A stretch of 64,000 bases of DNA, taken from NCBI GenBank assembly GCA_016782425.1, contig JADHYN010000005.1, forward strand, positions 6,502-70,501. The letters are read 5' to 3'. Shown here in pieces: positions 55,062-62,851 of this stretch; the stretch's first letter is position 1, and each line of letters begins with the position of its first letter. The DNA comes from Candidatus Omnitrophota bacterium (GTDB taxonomy: Bacteria; Omnitrophota; Gorgyraeia; JABMRN01; RBG-13-46-9). The position numbers were made by a program, and so were the translations under genes. The notes under the pieces were generated by a model. That model worked only from the letters and a program-made list of their open reading frames with translations, was not told the origin of the DNA and did no database searches.

Positions 55062-55147
55062 CTATACTCGTAAAATCTAGAGGAGGTATAAAGATGAAGA
55101 AGTTAGTGGTAATAAGCATTATGGCAGCATCGCTATAAAATACCCTT

Positions 55148-55387
55148 ATGAACCCCGGTCGTCTTATTCATGTAAAAGTAATCACTAAAGCCGGCAGGAA
55201 CTCCGTAACAAAATTCGGAGATGGCTTTAAGGCACACCTTACAGCGCCTCCGGCAGACGGCAAAGCCAATAAGGCTCTCGTAAAACTTTTATCAGAATAT
55301 TTTAATCTCAAAAAGTCGCAGGTAACCATCGTAAGCGGCAAAAAATCAAAAGATAAACTCATTAAACTTAAAGAAGGAGCAGTTTAA
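55148..55387 (+). CDS. DUF167 (YggU/UPF0235) family protein
   Basis: VKVITKAGRNSV...HLTAPPADGKANKALVKLLSEYF...V.IVSGKKSKDKLI. Confidence 0.8.
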   Translation: MNPGRLIHVKVITKAGRNSVTKFGDGFKAHLTAPPADGKANKALVKLLSEYFNLKKSQVTIVSGKKSKDKLIKLKEGAV

Positions 55388-55417
55388 AAAGTGGTAGGCG
55401 ACAATTAATGGGACGAG

Positions 55418-55879
55418 CTACTCTTCATTGACCGTTATATCGCCGGTATCAAATTCGATCCTGATTTCTTTTCTGTACGGGAGGCCCGATACCTCGAGAT
55501 TAAAGGCGTTATCAGATGCCCTCTCAAGGGAATCCACGTATTTCTTTCCGCTTTTTATGGCAGGCTCTGCTTTGATAGAGTCCGCTGATTTAATCGAATA
55601 CTCGCCTTTGGCAAAAAGGAACCCATCATTCGTTATCGATAAAACACTTGATTGGGTCGATGTTTGGGAAACCGTAGCGCTTAAATCGGGCGGCAGCATG
55701 TGAAATGCAAAAAGCGCCAGCACGGCGGCGATCAACAGTTCCGCTATGAATTCCGCAACGATAGCGTAGGAAAAAGGATGACGTTCCACGAAATTATTTT
55801 CCCATCTTGAGATTTTTGACCTTCGGCCTGTTTTATTCTGCTCATCCATTTTTATCCCCTTTTCCGGTTTAATTATCAT
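55418..55879 (-). CDS. Hypothetical single-TM protein
   Basis: 4-nt overlap with the upstream gene. TM helix FIAELLIAAVLALFAF. Confidence 0.45.
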   Translation of the reverse strand: MIIKPEKGIKMDEQNKTGRRSKISRWENNFVERHPFSYAIVAEFIAELLIAAVLALFAFHMLPPDLSATVSQTSTQSSVLSITNDGFLFAKGEYSIKSADSIKAEPAIKSGKKYVDSLERASDNAFNLEVSGLPYRKEIRIEFDTGDITVNEE

Positions 55880-56475
55880 TGCTCTTTTTTAGGTTGATCT
55901 ATTCTTATTACAAACGGTATCTCCAGTTTTTGTCTGTCCCTGGCACTTATGGAGCAGATAACTCTATAATTTCCTGGCTTATTACACTTGATAAGCATCG
56001 GTTCCATGCGCAAGTTATCGCTTGAGTGCAAGTCATCGTCAGATTTAAAGTCATACCTTTCATTTGGTTCTGTTTCCCGCCAGCCATTTTCTACTGTATT
56101 TACAGAATCTATATCCATTTTATCTACAAAATGGATAAATATTACCGGATTTACGTAAGTTTCGTTTTTACTAAAATTATACAATCCCAACCAGAAATTT
56201 TCGTAATCCGGGGAATATTCTAAAACAGCGGGTTTTAGTTCTAGATTTATGAAATTTTCGCGGCTAGAAGTATCAGGCGAATATTCTTGTGTAATTAAAA
56301 GCTTGGGAATTGTAAAATGCAAATTTATAATATAAAGTATTACCGCAAAAGCAACAATGATTGAGGTAAGAGATACTTTTAGTTTTAAGGACCTTGAAGA
56401 TAGGAAAAGATTCATCATGCCGGCTAAGGACGCGACAGCGAGCAAACTTGTTAAAAGCAATTTAAAATAAAACAT
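55876..56475 (-). CDS. Hypothetical 2-TM protein with a beta-rich C-terminal domain
   Basis: Hydrophobic N-terminus. No motif recognised. Confidence 0.45.
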   Translation of the reverse strand: MFYFKLLLTSLLAVASLAGMMNLFLSSRSLKLKVSLTSIIVAFAVILYIINLHFTIPKLLITQEYSPDTSSRENFINLELKPAVLEYSPDYENFWLGLYNFSKNETYVNPVIFIHFVDKMDIDSVNTVENGWRETEPNERYDFKSDDDLHSSDNLRMEPMLIKCNKPGNYRVICSISARDRQKLEIPFVIRIDQPKKEQ

Positions 56476-56618
56476 TATTCAGCTTTCTCTCTTTGCGCTA
56501 AATTATACCCTAAAAGTAACCTCGCCTCAAGAAGATACTTGAAGAAAATGCTTGAAGAAGTAAGCGTAGTCCCGGAACCCTCCCCAAGTCATTGGCCTAC
56601 ATTGGCCAAATTAAACCC

Positions 56619-56647
56619 TTGAGACGGTTTTGTTTTGGGGGTATAAT
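56619..56647 (+). promoter_or_regulatory. Promoter (TTGAGA, 17 nt, TATAAT) for the tiny-peptide locus
   Basis: TTGAGA at 56619-56624 and TATAAT at 56642-56647. Confidence 0.6.
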
Positions 56648-56672
56648 TAAACACATATAAAAACAGCGCCTT

Positions 56673-56889
56673 AGCTAAATACTAGCGACTATCGACTAAC
56701 GACTATAAATAGGAGGAATGATGGGAACAGTTATAATTGCTCTGGTTGTTGCAATAATCGCCGGCGTAATATACTTTTTTAATAAGAATAAATCCGCCCC
56801 AAGGTAACGGAGCAGTTTAAGTAGTGAATAGTCGTTAGTGAATAGTATTTAGTGACGAGCTAAATACTAACGACTATCGACTAGCGACC
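56673..56889. repeat. Direct (A, C) and inverted (B) ~33-nt repeats built from NNGACTA/NNCACTA heptamers around a tiny ORF
   Basis: A at 56673-56705 is AGCTAAATACTAGCGACTATCGACTAACGACTA. C at 56858-56889 is AGCTAAATACTAACGACTATCGACTAGCGACC. B at 56821-56854 is an imperfect reverse complement of both. Confidence 0.8.
56718..56807 (+). CDS. 29-aa hydrophobic peptide (candidate type I toxin)
   Basis: My own translation is MMGTVIIALVVAIIAGVIYFFNKNKSAPR. RBS TAGGAGG lies directly upstream. Confidence 0.45.
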   Translation: MMGTVIIALVVAIIAGVIYFFNKNKSAPR

Positions 56890-56894
56890 ATCCT

Positions 56895-56960
56895 ACCGCC
56901 ACCGCCTCTTACCGTCCCATATCGCCCCTTATCATCCCAATCTCCCCGCACGCCCCCGCA
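56895..56960. repeat. Phased C-tract decamers (CNNCCCNTAT-like), non-coding copy
   Basis: CGCCTCTTAC CGTCCCATAT CGCCCCTTAT CATCCCAATC TCCCCGCACG CCCCCGCATT. Related to 28545-28644 and 60247-60276. Confidence 0.6.
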
Positions 56961-56975
56961 TTTTTCTGCTGTGTG

Positions 56976-58220
56976 CTACCGTTTCCTGTTAGCGGTTCCC
57001 TGGCCAATAACCGTTGCAATCTTTGATCTAACAAGGATATTTGTCGACTCAAGCCCCGGCGTTTGTCCGTGCAGGTCAAACTCAAGTCTCACTCCCGGCT
57101 GAAAGATCATACAGTAAGTAGAGCCTCCGAAGTGAAACATGCCAAGTTGATCTCCTTTTGTTACATGCTGCCCTTCGTAAACCGTGATCTCGTTTGATGA
57201 CACGTCTGCCATGCCCACAAACAATAAAGCCATGAGCCCGATATCAGGATTGTCCGCTTCAATTAAGATCAACGCCCTGGCTGCCACTTCTGTCAGATAG
57301 CCCTGCGATTCGTTAGGCCCGACAGGATCAAATCCCACCGATTGCGCTTGCGCATAATAAGACCCGTCAATGAGTTTCGTTTTGACAATTCTGCCGCTGA
57401 CAGGAGTATGCCAGCGATGATAGCTAAACGCGCTGAGATAAGCCTGGTAAATGGTTCCCCCGATAAATTGTTCCGTGCGAGGGTCCCCGTCCAGCATATG
57501 AAAAAGAGAGTAAGGCTGTTCTTTTATCCAAAACCGGTCCTTGAGCTGAACATTGGTTGCAATGTTATATGGCGCTGATTCGCATGCACTGGCAAGCACT
57601 GCATCATTTTTCGGGTCTGCGACAGGCCGCGCCCCTTCGCGCAATTCCCTGGTAAAGAAATCGTCCCAGGAGGTAAATCCGTAATATGGAGCTTTAGGGT
57701 CGCATTTAAAATCCTCCGCGAAACCGGGCATAGTCTCAAGTGCATTAGCGCCAAACCATCCTGTTTCAGGATCATCACTTAATACATATCTGGAATCGGG
57801 AGAACTCAAAAAAACACCCCATTCATTCAGGATTTTTTTTAGCTGTTGATTGACTTTGGGATCTAAGAAAGCAATAGCTCCCGCGGGGGTAGCCATAACT
57901 CCGATCAGCGCATCGTTGATAGGAGCGCCGGCATTTCCCGTCATGTTAAATTCCGGCGCCTGGGTCAAGGCTTGACTCAAACAGGAAAGCATCTCGTGAT
58001 AGTCCTTGATCTCTTTTGCGCTTTCAGGATAACCGAATTTGTCGGTTGCTTGATTCGCCTCTTCAAACATTTTATTGAACAACATGTAGAGTTCCGAATC
58101 GCCTTCGATTATTAATTTAAGATCGTTAACAAGAGGGGACAGCGACTTTGTTTCCTGTTGGGCGAAAAGCGGAAAAGAAAGAACTAAGAGAAGAGCCATG
58201 GTAATAATATATTTTTTCAT
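56976..58220 (-). CDS. Secreted long-form phosphatidylserine-decarboxylase-family (pyruvoyl) enzyme
   Basis: Signal peptide MKKYIITMALLLVLSFPLFA. C-terminal GMFHFGGSTYCMIF contains the G-S-T self-cleavage motif of the PSD family. 414 aa. Confidence 0.7.
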   Translation of the reverse strand: MKKYIITMALLLVLSFPLFAQQETKSLSPLVNDLKLIIEGDSELYMLFNKMFEEANQATDKFGYPESAKEIKDYHEMLSCLSQALTQAPEFNMTGNAGAPINDALIGVMATPAGAIAFLDPKVNQQLKKILNEWGVFLSSPDSRYVLSDDPETGWFGANALETMPGFAEDFKCDPKAPYYGFTSWDDFFTRELREGARPVADPKNDAVLASACESAPYNIATNVQLKDRFWIKEQPYSLFHMLDGDPRTEQFIGGTIYQAYLSAFSYHRWHTPVSGRIVKTKLIDGSYYAQAQSVGFDPVGPNESQGYLTEVAARALILIEADNPDIGLMALLFVGMADVSSNEITVYEGQHVTKGDQLGMFHFGGSTYCMIFQPGVRLEFDLHGQTPGLESTNILVRSKIATVIGQGTANRKR

Positions 58221-58452
58221 ATATTTCTCCTTTTGTTTTAACAGATTTTTATTCTTCGCTTTGCTGCTCTAATTCTTAATGCATAAATTATACCCTCAAA
58301 AAAAACTACTTCAAGGAAAATTGTGAACTTTCCTTGCATTCCCCGCACCTACCCCGTAAAATACCCCTTTGAACCCCCGCCTCGGGGTGAAAAAGCAGTT
58401 TCTTTGGCACTATTGCATTGCAGGGTTAAGATATGATATACTACGATTTATA

Positions 58453-58989
58453 ATGAAATATTCTACAGTTTTTCATTTAATGTCTGCCGTATCAGAAAAA
58501 AATGCCGTCTCTTGTATTTTAATAGGTGGCTTTGCTATTAACTACTACAAGGTAACGCGCCAAACGCTAGATGTGGATTTTCTCATTACAAAAGAAGACT
58601 TTAAAAAAATACTTCCCTCATTAGAAAGGGAAGGCTACAAAAAAGATTATTCCCAAGAAGTGGTTACCAGGCTCCAAGCTAATTCTTTGTATCTGATGGA
58701 TCTTGATTTCATGTTTGTTGATAAAGACACTCTGGATAAAATTATCTCCGAGGGCAAGAAAATAACCATAGCTAAGCAAGAGTTTATCGTGCCATCCATA
58801 GAGCATCTGATCGCATTAAAATTACATTCTATAAAGAACAACCCCGATATAAGAAAAAATAAGGACTTACCGGATATTGTTAACTTGATAAAGGTTAATA
58901 AAGTAAATGTTAAAAATGAGGAATTTAAAAAAATGTGCTTGAAATACGGTAACGCAGAATTATACAACGAGATCTTAAAAGAGGCATAG
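58453..58989 (+). CDS. Nucleotidyltransferase-fold protein (toxin-antitoxin-associated type)
   Basis: CILIGGFAINYY...LDVDFLI... is a minimal-NTase-like pattern. The start was trimmed from the track's TTG to ATG 58453, downstream of TTGCAT...TATACT. Confidence 0.45.
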   Translation: MKYSTVFHLMSAVSEKNAVSCILIGGFAINYYKVTRQTLDVDFLITKEDFKKILPSLEREGYKKDYSQEVVTRLQANSLYLMDLDFMFVDKDTLDKIISEGKKITIAKQEFIVPSIEHLIALKLHSIKNNPDIRKNKDLPDIVNLIKVNKVNVKNEEFKKMCLKYGNAELYNEILKEA

Positions 58990-59160
58990 ATGAAAGACAT
59001 TGATCTACCTATTATAAAAAAACAACTGCCACGGGAGAGACATTTACCCATGGATGATTACCTAAGATTTATCTATTTAAATTTAAAGTACACTGCAGAC
59101 ATAACGGCAAGTAGAAAGCTCAAAAGACTCTTGTCAGTAAATAAGGCATTCTCGCTTTAA
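58990..59160 (+). CDS. 56-aa partner ORF abutting the previous stop (TAGATG)
   Basis: My own translation is MKDIDLPIIKKQLPRERHLPMDDYLRFIYLNLKYTADITASRKLKRLLSVNKAFSL. Confidence 0.35.
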   Translation: MKDIDLPIIKKQLPRERHLPMDDYLRFIYLNLKYTADITASRKLKRLLSVNKAFSL

Positions 59161-59223
59161 CCCTATAACATAGGGACACATCCGAATATATGAACCCCCG
59201 CCACAGCATAAGTTCGTGAATAC

Positions 59224-59252
59224 TTGACAGAGGCGGTGTAATATGTTACACT
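59224..59252 (+). promoter_or_regulatory. Promoter (TTGACA, 17 nt, TACACT)
   Basis: TTGACA at 59224-59229 and TACACT at 59247-59252. Confidence 0.5.
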
Positions 59253-59275
59253 TATCGGTGTAAAAGGTGGTTCAA

Positions 59276-59824
59276 ATGATTTCACTAAAATCTAAGGTAA
59301 CGGGCAGTATATTAAATTATTTTTTCATTAACCCGGGTTCGTCTCTTTATGTTAATGAACTTTCGGAAAAGTTGAGTTTAGATAAGAGAAATCTTGTTAA
59401 AAAGCTCAAAGAACTGGAAAAAGAGGGCCTCTTAAAAAGTGAACCAAAAGGAAATCTTAAGTTATATTCCGGCGATAAAAAATACCCCTTATACAATGAA
59501 TACAAAAAAATTATTCTGAAAACATTGGGCTTTGAGAAAAAATTGGCTGACTTACTTAAAGATGTTAAAGGCATTGAGACAGTTTACATATATGGATCTT
59601 ACGCGGAAAACAGACTAAGTGTTCACAGCGACATAGATTTATTAGTCATAGGAAATCATAAGATTATATCGCTTCAAAAAAAGGTAAGCCGCTTACAAAA
59701 AGAAATAGACAGGGAAATAAATGCCGTAAGCATGGCTAAAAACGATTTTAATAAAAGAAAGAGATCCGGTGATCCATTCATAAAAGGCGTGTTGAAAAAA
59801 AAATATATCGAGATAGCGCTATGA
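59276..59824 (+). CDS. wHTH + minimal nucleotidyltransferase (MNT-type antitoxin-like)
   Basis: The N-terminal winged-helix-like region (...YVNELSEKLSLDKRNLVKKLKELEKEGLL) is followed by YIYGSYAENRLSVHSDIDLLVIG. The ATG at 59276 is preceded by AAAGGTGG. Confidence 0.7.
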   Translation: MISLKSKVTGSILNYFFINPGSSLYVNELSEKLSLDKRNLVKKLKELEKEGLLKSEPKGNLKLYSGDKKYPLYNEYKKIILKTLGFEKKLADLLKDVKGIETVYIYGSYAENRLSVHSDIDLLVIGNHKIISLQKKVSRLQKEIDREINAVSMAKNDFNKRKRSGDPFIKGVLKKKYIEIAL

Positions 59825-60246
59825 AATTTGATGATAGATATTTTAAGCGCTTTGACTTCAGCAAAGAGCAGATTGAAAAGAATCTGCAAAATGCCTTTAA
59901 AGACTTCGATATTGCGGTGAAGGATAATATCCTGGAGGTAAAATTCAATTACGCCTATACTTCTTTAATTAAAGCCGGAATAACACTGCTCAGTTTTTAC
60001 AAATTGAAAATAAAGAGTGTTCCCGGACACCACATAAAAATAATAGACAAGATGTCGGATATTTTAAAAAATGATACTATTAATGAAATCGGAAATGCAA
60101 TGCGGTCAAAAAGAAATTTAGATTTTTATTCAGGTGGCATAGAAGTCACAGAGAAAGAGTGCCATGAATATATTGCTTTTGTCAAAAAAGCGCTGAAGGA
60201 TATTCAAAAACATATTAAAGGTAATCCCGAACCATCTTCGTACTAA
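59821..60246 (+). CDS. HEPN-domain protein (toxin-like partner of the MNT)
   Basis: 4-nt overlap with the MNT gene. All-helical, ~140 aa, with a ...MRSKRNLDFY... Rx4-6H-like region. Confidence 0.6.
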   Translation: MKFDDRYFKRFDFSKEQIEKNLQNAFKDFDIAVKDNILEVKFNYAYTSLIKAGITLLSFYKLKIKSVPGHHIKIIDKMSDILKNDTINEIGNAMRSKRNLDFYSGGIEVTEKECHEYIAFVKKALKDIQKHIKGNPEPSSY

Positions 60247-60274
60247 ACGCCCCTTATCGTCCCTTATCGCCCTT

Positions 60275-60325
60275 TACCTGCCTACCGCCTGCCATGCCTA
60301 TCGGCAGGTAAACCGGCAGGCAGGG
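60275..60325. repeat. Expanded REP-like palindrome (CCTGCC / GGCAGG arms)
   Basis: TACCTGCCTACCGCCTGCC-atgcctatc-GGCAGGTAAACCGGCAGGCAGG. Confidence 0.6.
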
Positions 60326-60539
60326 ATGTGTCCCTAATTAAAAAAAGTAAAAGCCGTCACCGACGACGTAGCTTCTAAGAGGCTGGAGACAGGTTTCCGC
60401 AGCATCGAACGAGTGGTGTTGTTGCTGAAGCAAGATTGAAAAGACACCTCCGAGGTGACCCACAGCAGTGGGGCTCCTCGGAGGTGGAAATGGTTCCCCT
60501 AAATGGCTCCCCGCATTGTTTCACCCCGCATTGTTTCAC

Positions 60540-60568
60540 TTGACAAAACAACTATTTGGTTGTATACT
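60540..60568 (+). promoter_or_regulatory. Promoter (TTGACA, 17 nt, TATACT) preceded by a tandem 15-mer
   Basis: TTGACA at 60540-60545 and TATACT at 60563-60568. CCCCGCATTGTTTCA x2 at 60509-60538 abuts the -35. Confidence 0.6.
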
Positions 60569-60591
60569 TGTTTTAGCAGGAAAGGCTAATA

Positions 60592-60954
60592 TTGAAAGTA
60601 GTAGAATGTAGTTATTTAGTAAAAGGCAAGCGAAAACCGGCTAAAGAATTTATTGATTCTTTAGATTTATGGACACAGAGAAAGTTCTTTGATAAAAAGG
60701 ACCTTTTAGAAGAATTTGGACATAGGCTTCCGGAGCCACATGCTAAGTACCTTACAGATGGTATATTTGAATTAAGATTCAGCGGGAAAGAAGGAAAAAT
60801 AAGGGTTCTTTATTTTTTCTTTCATAAAAACAAAGCAATATTTACCAACGGCTTTATTAAAAAGACTCAAAAGACACCAAAACAACAGTTACGACTCGCG
60901 ATTAAAGATAGAAAAAGTTTTTTAGAGAAATATAAAAAAGGAGGCGCAGGATGA
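60592..60954 (+). CDS. RelE/HigB-superfamily toxin (phage Gp49-like, DUF891-type)
   Basis: TTG start with AGGAAAGG upstream. ...GIFELRFSGKEGKIRVLYFFFHKNKAIFTNGFIKKTQKTP is typical of Gp49-like toxins. Confidence 0.7.
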   Translation: MKVVECSYLVKGKRKPAKEFIDSLDLWTQRKFFDKKDLLEEFGHRLPEPHAKYLTDGIFELRFSGKEGKIRVLYFFFHKNKAIFTNGFIKKTQKTPKQQLRLAIKDRKSFLEKYKKGGAG

Positions 60955-61292
60955 AATATAAAATAGAAAGTGTAGACGAACACATAAAAGAGAAATTAAA
61001 AGACCCGTATTTTAAAGAACTGCATGAACTTGAACATCAAAAGCTTGGATTGGTGAAGAAGATTATAAGCTATAGAGTGAATAACAATATTACACAGGAC
61101 GAGCTGGCCGATCAAGTGGGTGTTACGCAACAGCATATCTCTAAGATTGAGAACTGTGAATTTACCGATCCTGTTACGCTTGCGAAGGTCCTGCTTTTTG
61201 TCGGTTTTAGAGTTCATATGAAAGCAGAGCCCATTAGGCCTGTAACAAGAAAAAAGATAAGGCGTGTAATCCAAAAGTTAGCAATGGCGTAG
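60951..61292 (+). CDS. XRE-family HTH antitoxin
   Basis: 4-nt overlap with the toxin gene. ITQDELADQVGVTQQHISKIENCE. Confidence 0.8.
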   Translation: MKYKIESVDEHIKEKLKDPYFKELHELEHQKLGLVKKIISYRVNNNITQDELADQVGVTQQHISKIENCEFTDPVTLAKVLLFVGFRVHMKAEPIRPVTRKKIRRVIQKLAMA

Positions 61293-61369
61293 AAGCATAA
61301 TCCCGAAACCTTTTCGCAACTAACACACCACCGATCACCGATAGACGCAAACAAAAGGAGCACCCAATT

Positions 61370-61413
61370 CCCCCCGGAACAACAAAAATCGAGCTCGAGT
61401 TGGAGGGGTAGGG
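61370..61413 (+). repeat. Dispersed ~45-50-bp repeat, copy 1
   Basis: CCCCCCGGAACAACAAAAATCGAGCTCGAGTTGGAGGGGTAGGG. Confidence 0.8.
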
Positions 61414-61441
61414 AAAAGGTTTAGATGAGGAGGAAAAAATA

Positions 61442-62086
61442 GTGAAGAGATTCTCATATTTATCACTTTTAGTAATTCTTCTGGCTTTTTGTTCCGGTTG
61501 CAGCGGAAAGGTTCCTATTAACGAAATGCCAATGTATGGCAATGTTCCGAAAACCCCTTACCAGAAGGAAATGGACGAGCAATTCATTAAAAAAGTTATC
61601 GAACAATTTGGTAGCAGAAAAGCTGCGGCTAAAGAGCATGTGGCGTTTGCCTGGTATTATTACAACAAGGGCGACTTAAAAACTGCAATGAAAAGATTTA
61701 ACCAGGCGTGGTTACTTGACCCGAACAATGAAGAAGTGTTTTCTGGATTTGGTCTTCTTATGAGCAAGAGAAGGCAATACGACGATACGAAAGCAATGTA
61801 TGATAAAGCCATTCAAATAAATCCTAATTATGCCGATGCCTACCATAATCGAGGACTCGCTTATGCTGGTATGGGCAATTATGAAAAGGCAATCTCTGAT
61901 TTTACTAAAGTAATAGAAATTGTCCCTAACAGTTCCCAAGCTTACAATGATAGAGCTGTCGCATACTACAGGATCAAGGAATACAATAAAAGCCGGGATG
62001 ACGTGGAAAAAGCAAAAGAATTAGGATATGAGGTTAGTCCGGGATTTATTAAGGCACTAAGCGGTTCATTAGAAAGGGAAAAGTAA
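61442..62086 (+). CDS. TPR-repeat lipoprotein
   Basis: GTG start with GAGGAGG upstream. Lipobox FCSGCSG. TPR units include AYHNRGLAYAGMGNYEKAISDFTKVIEIVPN. Confidence 0.8.
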   Translation: MKRFSYLSLLVILLAFCSGCSGKVPINEMPMYGNVPKTPYQKEMDEQFIKKVIEQFGSRKAAAKEHVAFAWYYYNKGDLKTAMKRFNQAWLLDPNNEEVFSGFGLLMSKRRQYDDTKAMYDKAIQINPNYADAYHNRGLAYAGMGNYEKAISDFTKVIEIVPNSSQAYNDRAVAYYRIKEYNKSRDDVEKAKELGYEVSPGFIKALSGSLEREK

Positions 62087-62135
62087 CCCGCCCCCGGGAA
62101 CAACAAAAATCGAGCTCGAGTTGGAGGGGTAGGGG
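62087..62135 (+). repeat. Dispersed ~45-50-bp repeat, copy 2
   Basis: CCCGCCCCCGGGAACAACAAAAATCGAGCTCGAGTTGGAGGGGTAGGGG. It starts at the first base after the TPR gene's stop. Confidence 0.8.
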
Positions 62136-62294
62136 AGAGGGCACTCTCGTCTTTGCGAGGGCGCGAAGCGCCCGAAGCAACCCCTTACTATTTTAGCGCC
62201 TCAACCACCACCCAAACAACAAGCCCCACCAGCTCTGAAATAAACTTGCTTTTGTCGAATATATGATATACTTTTGTATACACAAAAGTATTAT

Positions 62295-62555
62295 ATGAAA
62301 AGCATTACGTGGAACTTATTAAAGAGTGAGCGCTTGAAACGCACAAGAGGTGCTTCTTTTGAAGATATAATAGGCTCTCAGCTTATTGCTGTTAAAAAGC
62401 ACCACAAAAAAGAGCACCAGAATATAATGCTTTTTAGTTATAAAAGATACATTTGGGTAGTGCCTTATGTGGAAACGGATAAGGAAATTTTTCTTAAAAC
62501 ATTATATCCGAGCCGTAAATATACAAGGTTTTATAAGGAGGGAAAGATAAAATGA
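62295..62555 (+). CDS. BrnT-like (DUF497-type) toxin
   Basis: ITWNLLKSERLKRTRGASFEDI...IFLKTLYPSRKYTRFY. The start was trimmed to ATG 62295. The promoter region contains the near-palindrome CTTTTGTATACACAAAAG. Confidence 0.55.
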   Translation: MKSITWNLLKSERLKRTRGASFEDIIGSQLIAVKKHHKKEHQNIMLFSYKRYIWVVPYVETDKEIFLKTLYPSRKYTRFYKEGKIK

Positions 62556-62803
62556 GCAGAATTAAATTAACGAAACAAGAAAAAGCTATTGAGAATGCAT
62601 TGCTAGAGGGCAGCTATAAAGACACTCCAAGGAATGAATTTAGTTCGATAGCAGAGGCCCTCGCGGCCCGAAAAAAAGATGCTGTTTTAAATATCCGCAT
62701 TAATAGTAAGGATTTGGCCAGCATCAGACAAAAAGCTAAGAGGTTTGGCATTAAATACCAGACCTTCATTGCCGAACTGATTCATAGAGTAGCCAGGACT
62801 TAA
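62552..62803 (+). CDS. BrnA-like (CopG/RHH) antitoxin
   Basis: 4-nt overlap with the toxin gene. LNIRINSKDLASIRQKAKRFGIKYQTFIAELIHRVA. Confidence 0.65.
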   Translation: MSRIKLTKQEKAIENALLEGSYKDTPRNEFSSIAEALAARKKDAVLNIRINSKDLASIRQKAKRFGIKYQTFIAELIHRVART

Positions 62804-62851
62804 GACTCAACCCGAACCCCTCCCGTGCTAAACTCACACCGTCTCAAGCTT

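Noticed and set aside
55094-55138. A 14-codon ORF (MKKLVVISIMAASL*) with an excellent RBS, in the same frame as the downstream DUF167 gene and separated from it by one TAA.
   Set aside because: DUF167 proteins are cytoplasmic and complete from Met 55148. Sharing the frame has a one-in-three chance expectation. With no other support, stop-codon read-through or a split gene is not justified. It may be a remnant signal peptide or a tiny leader peptide.
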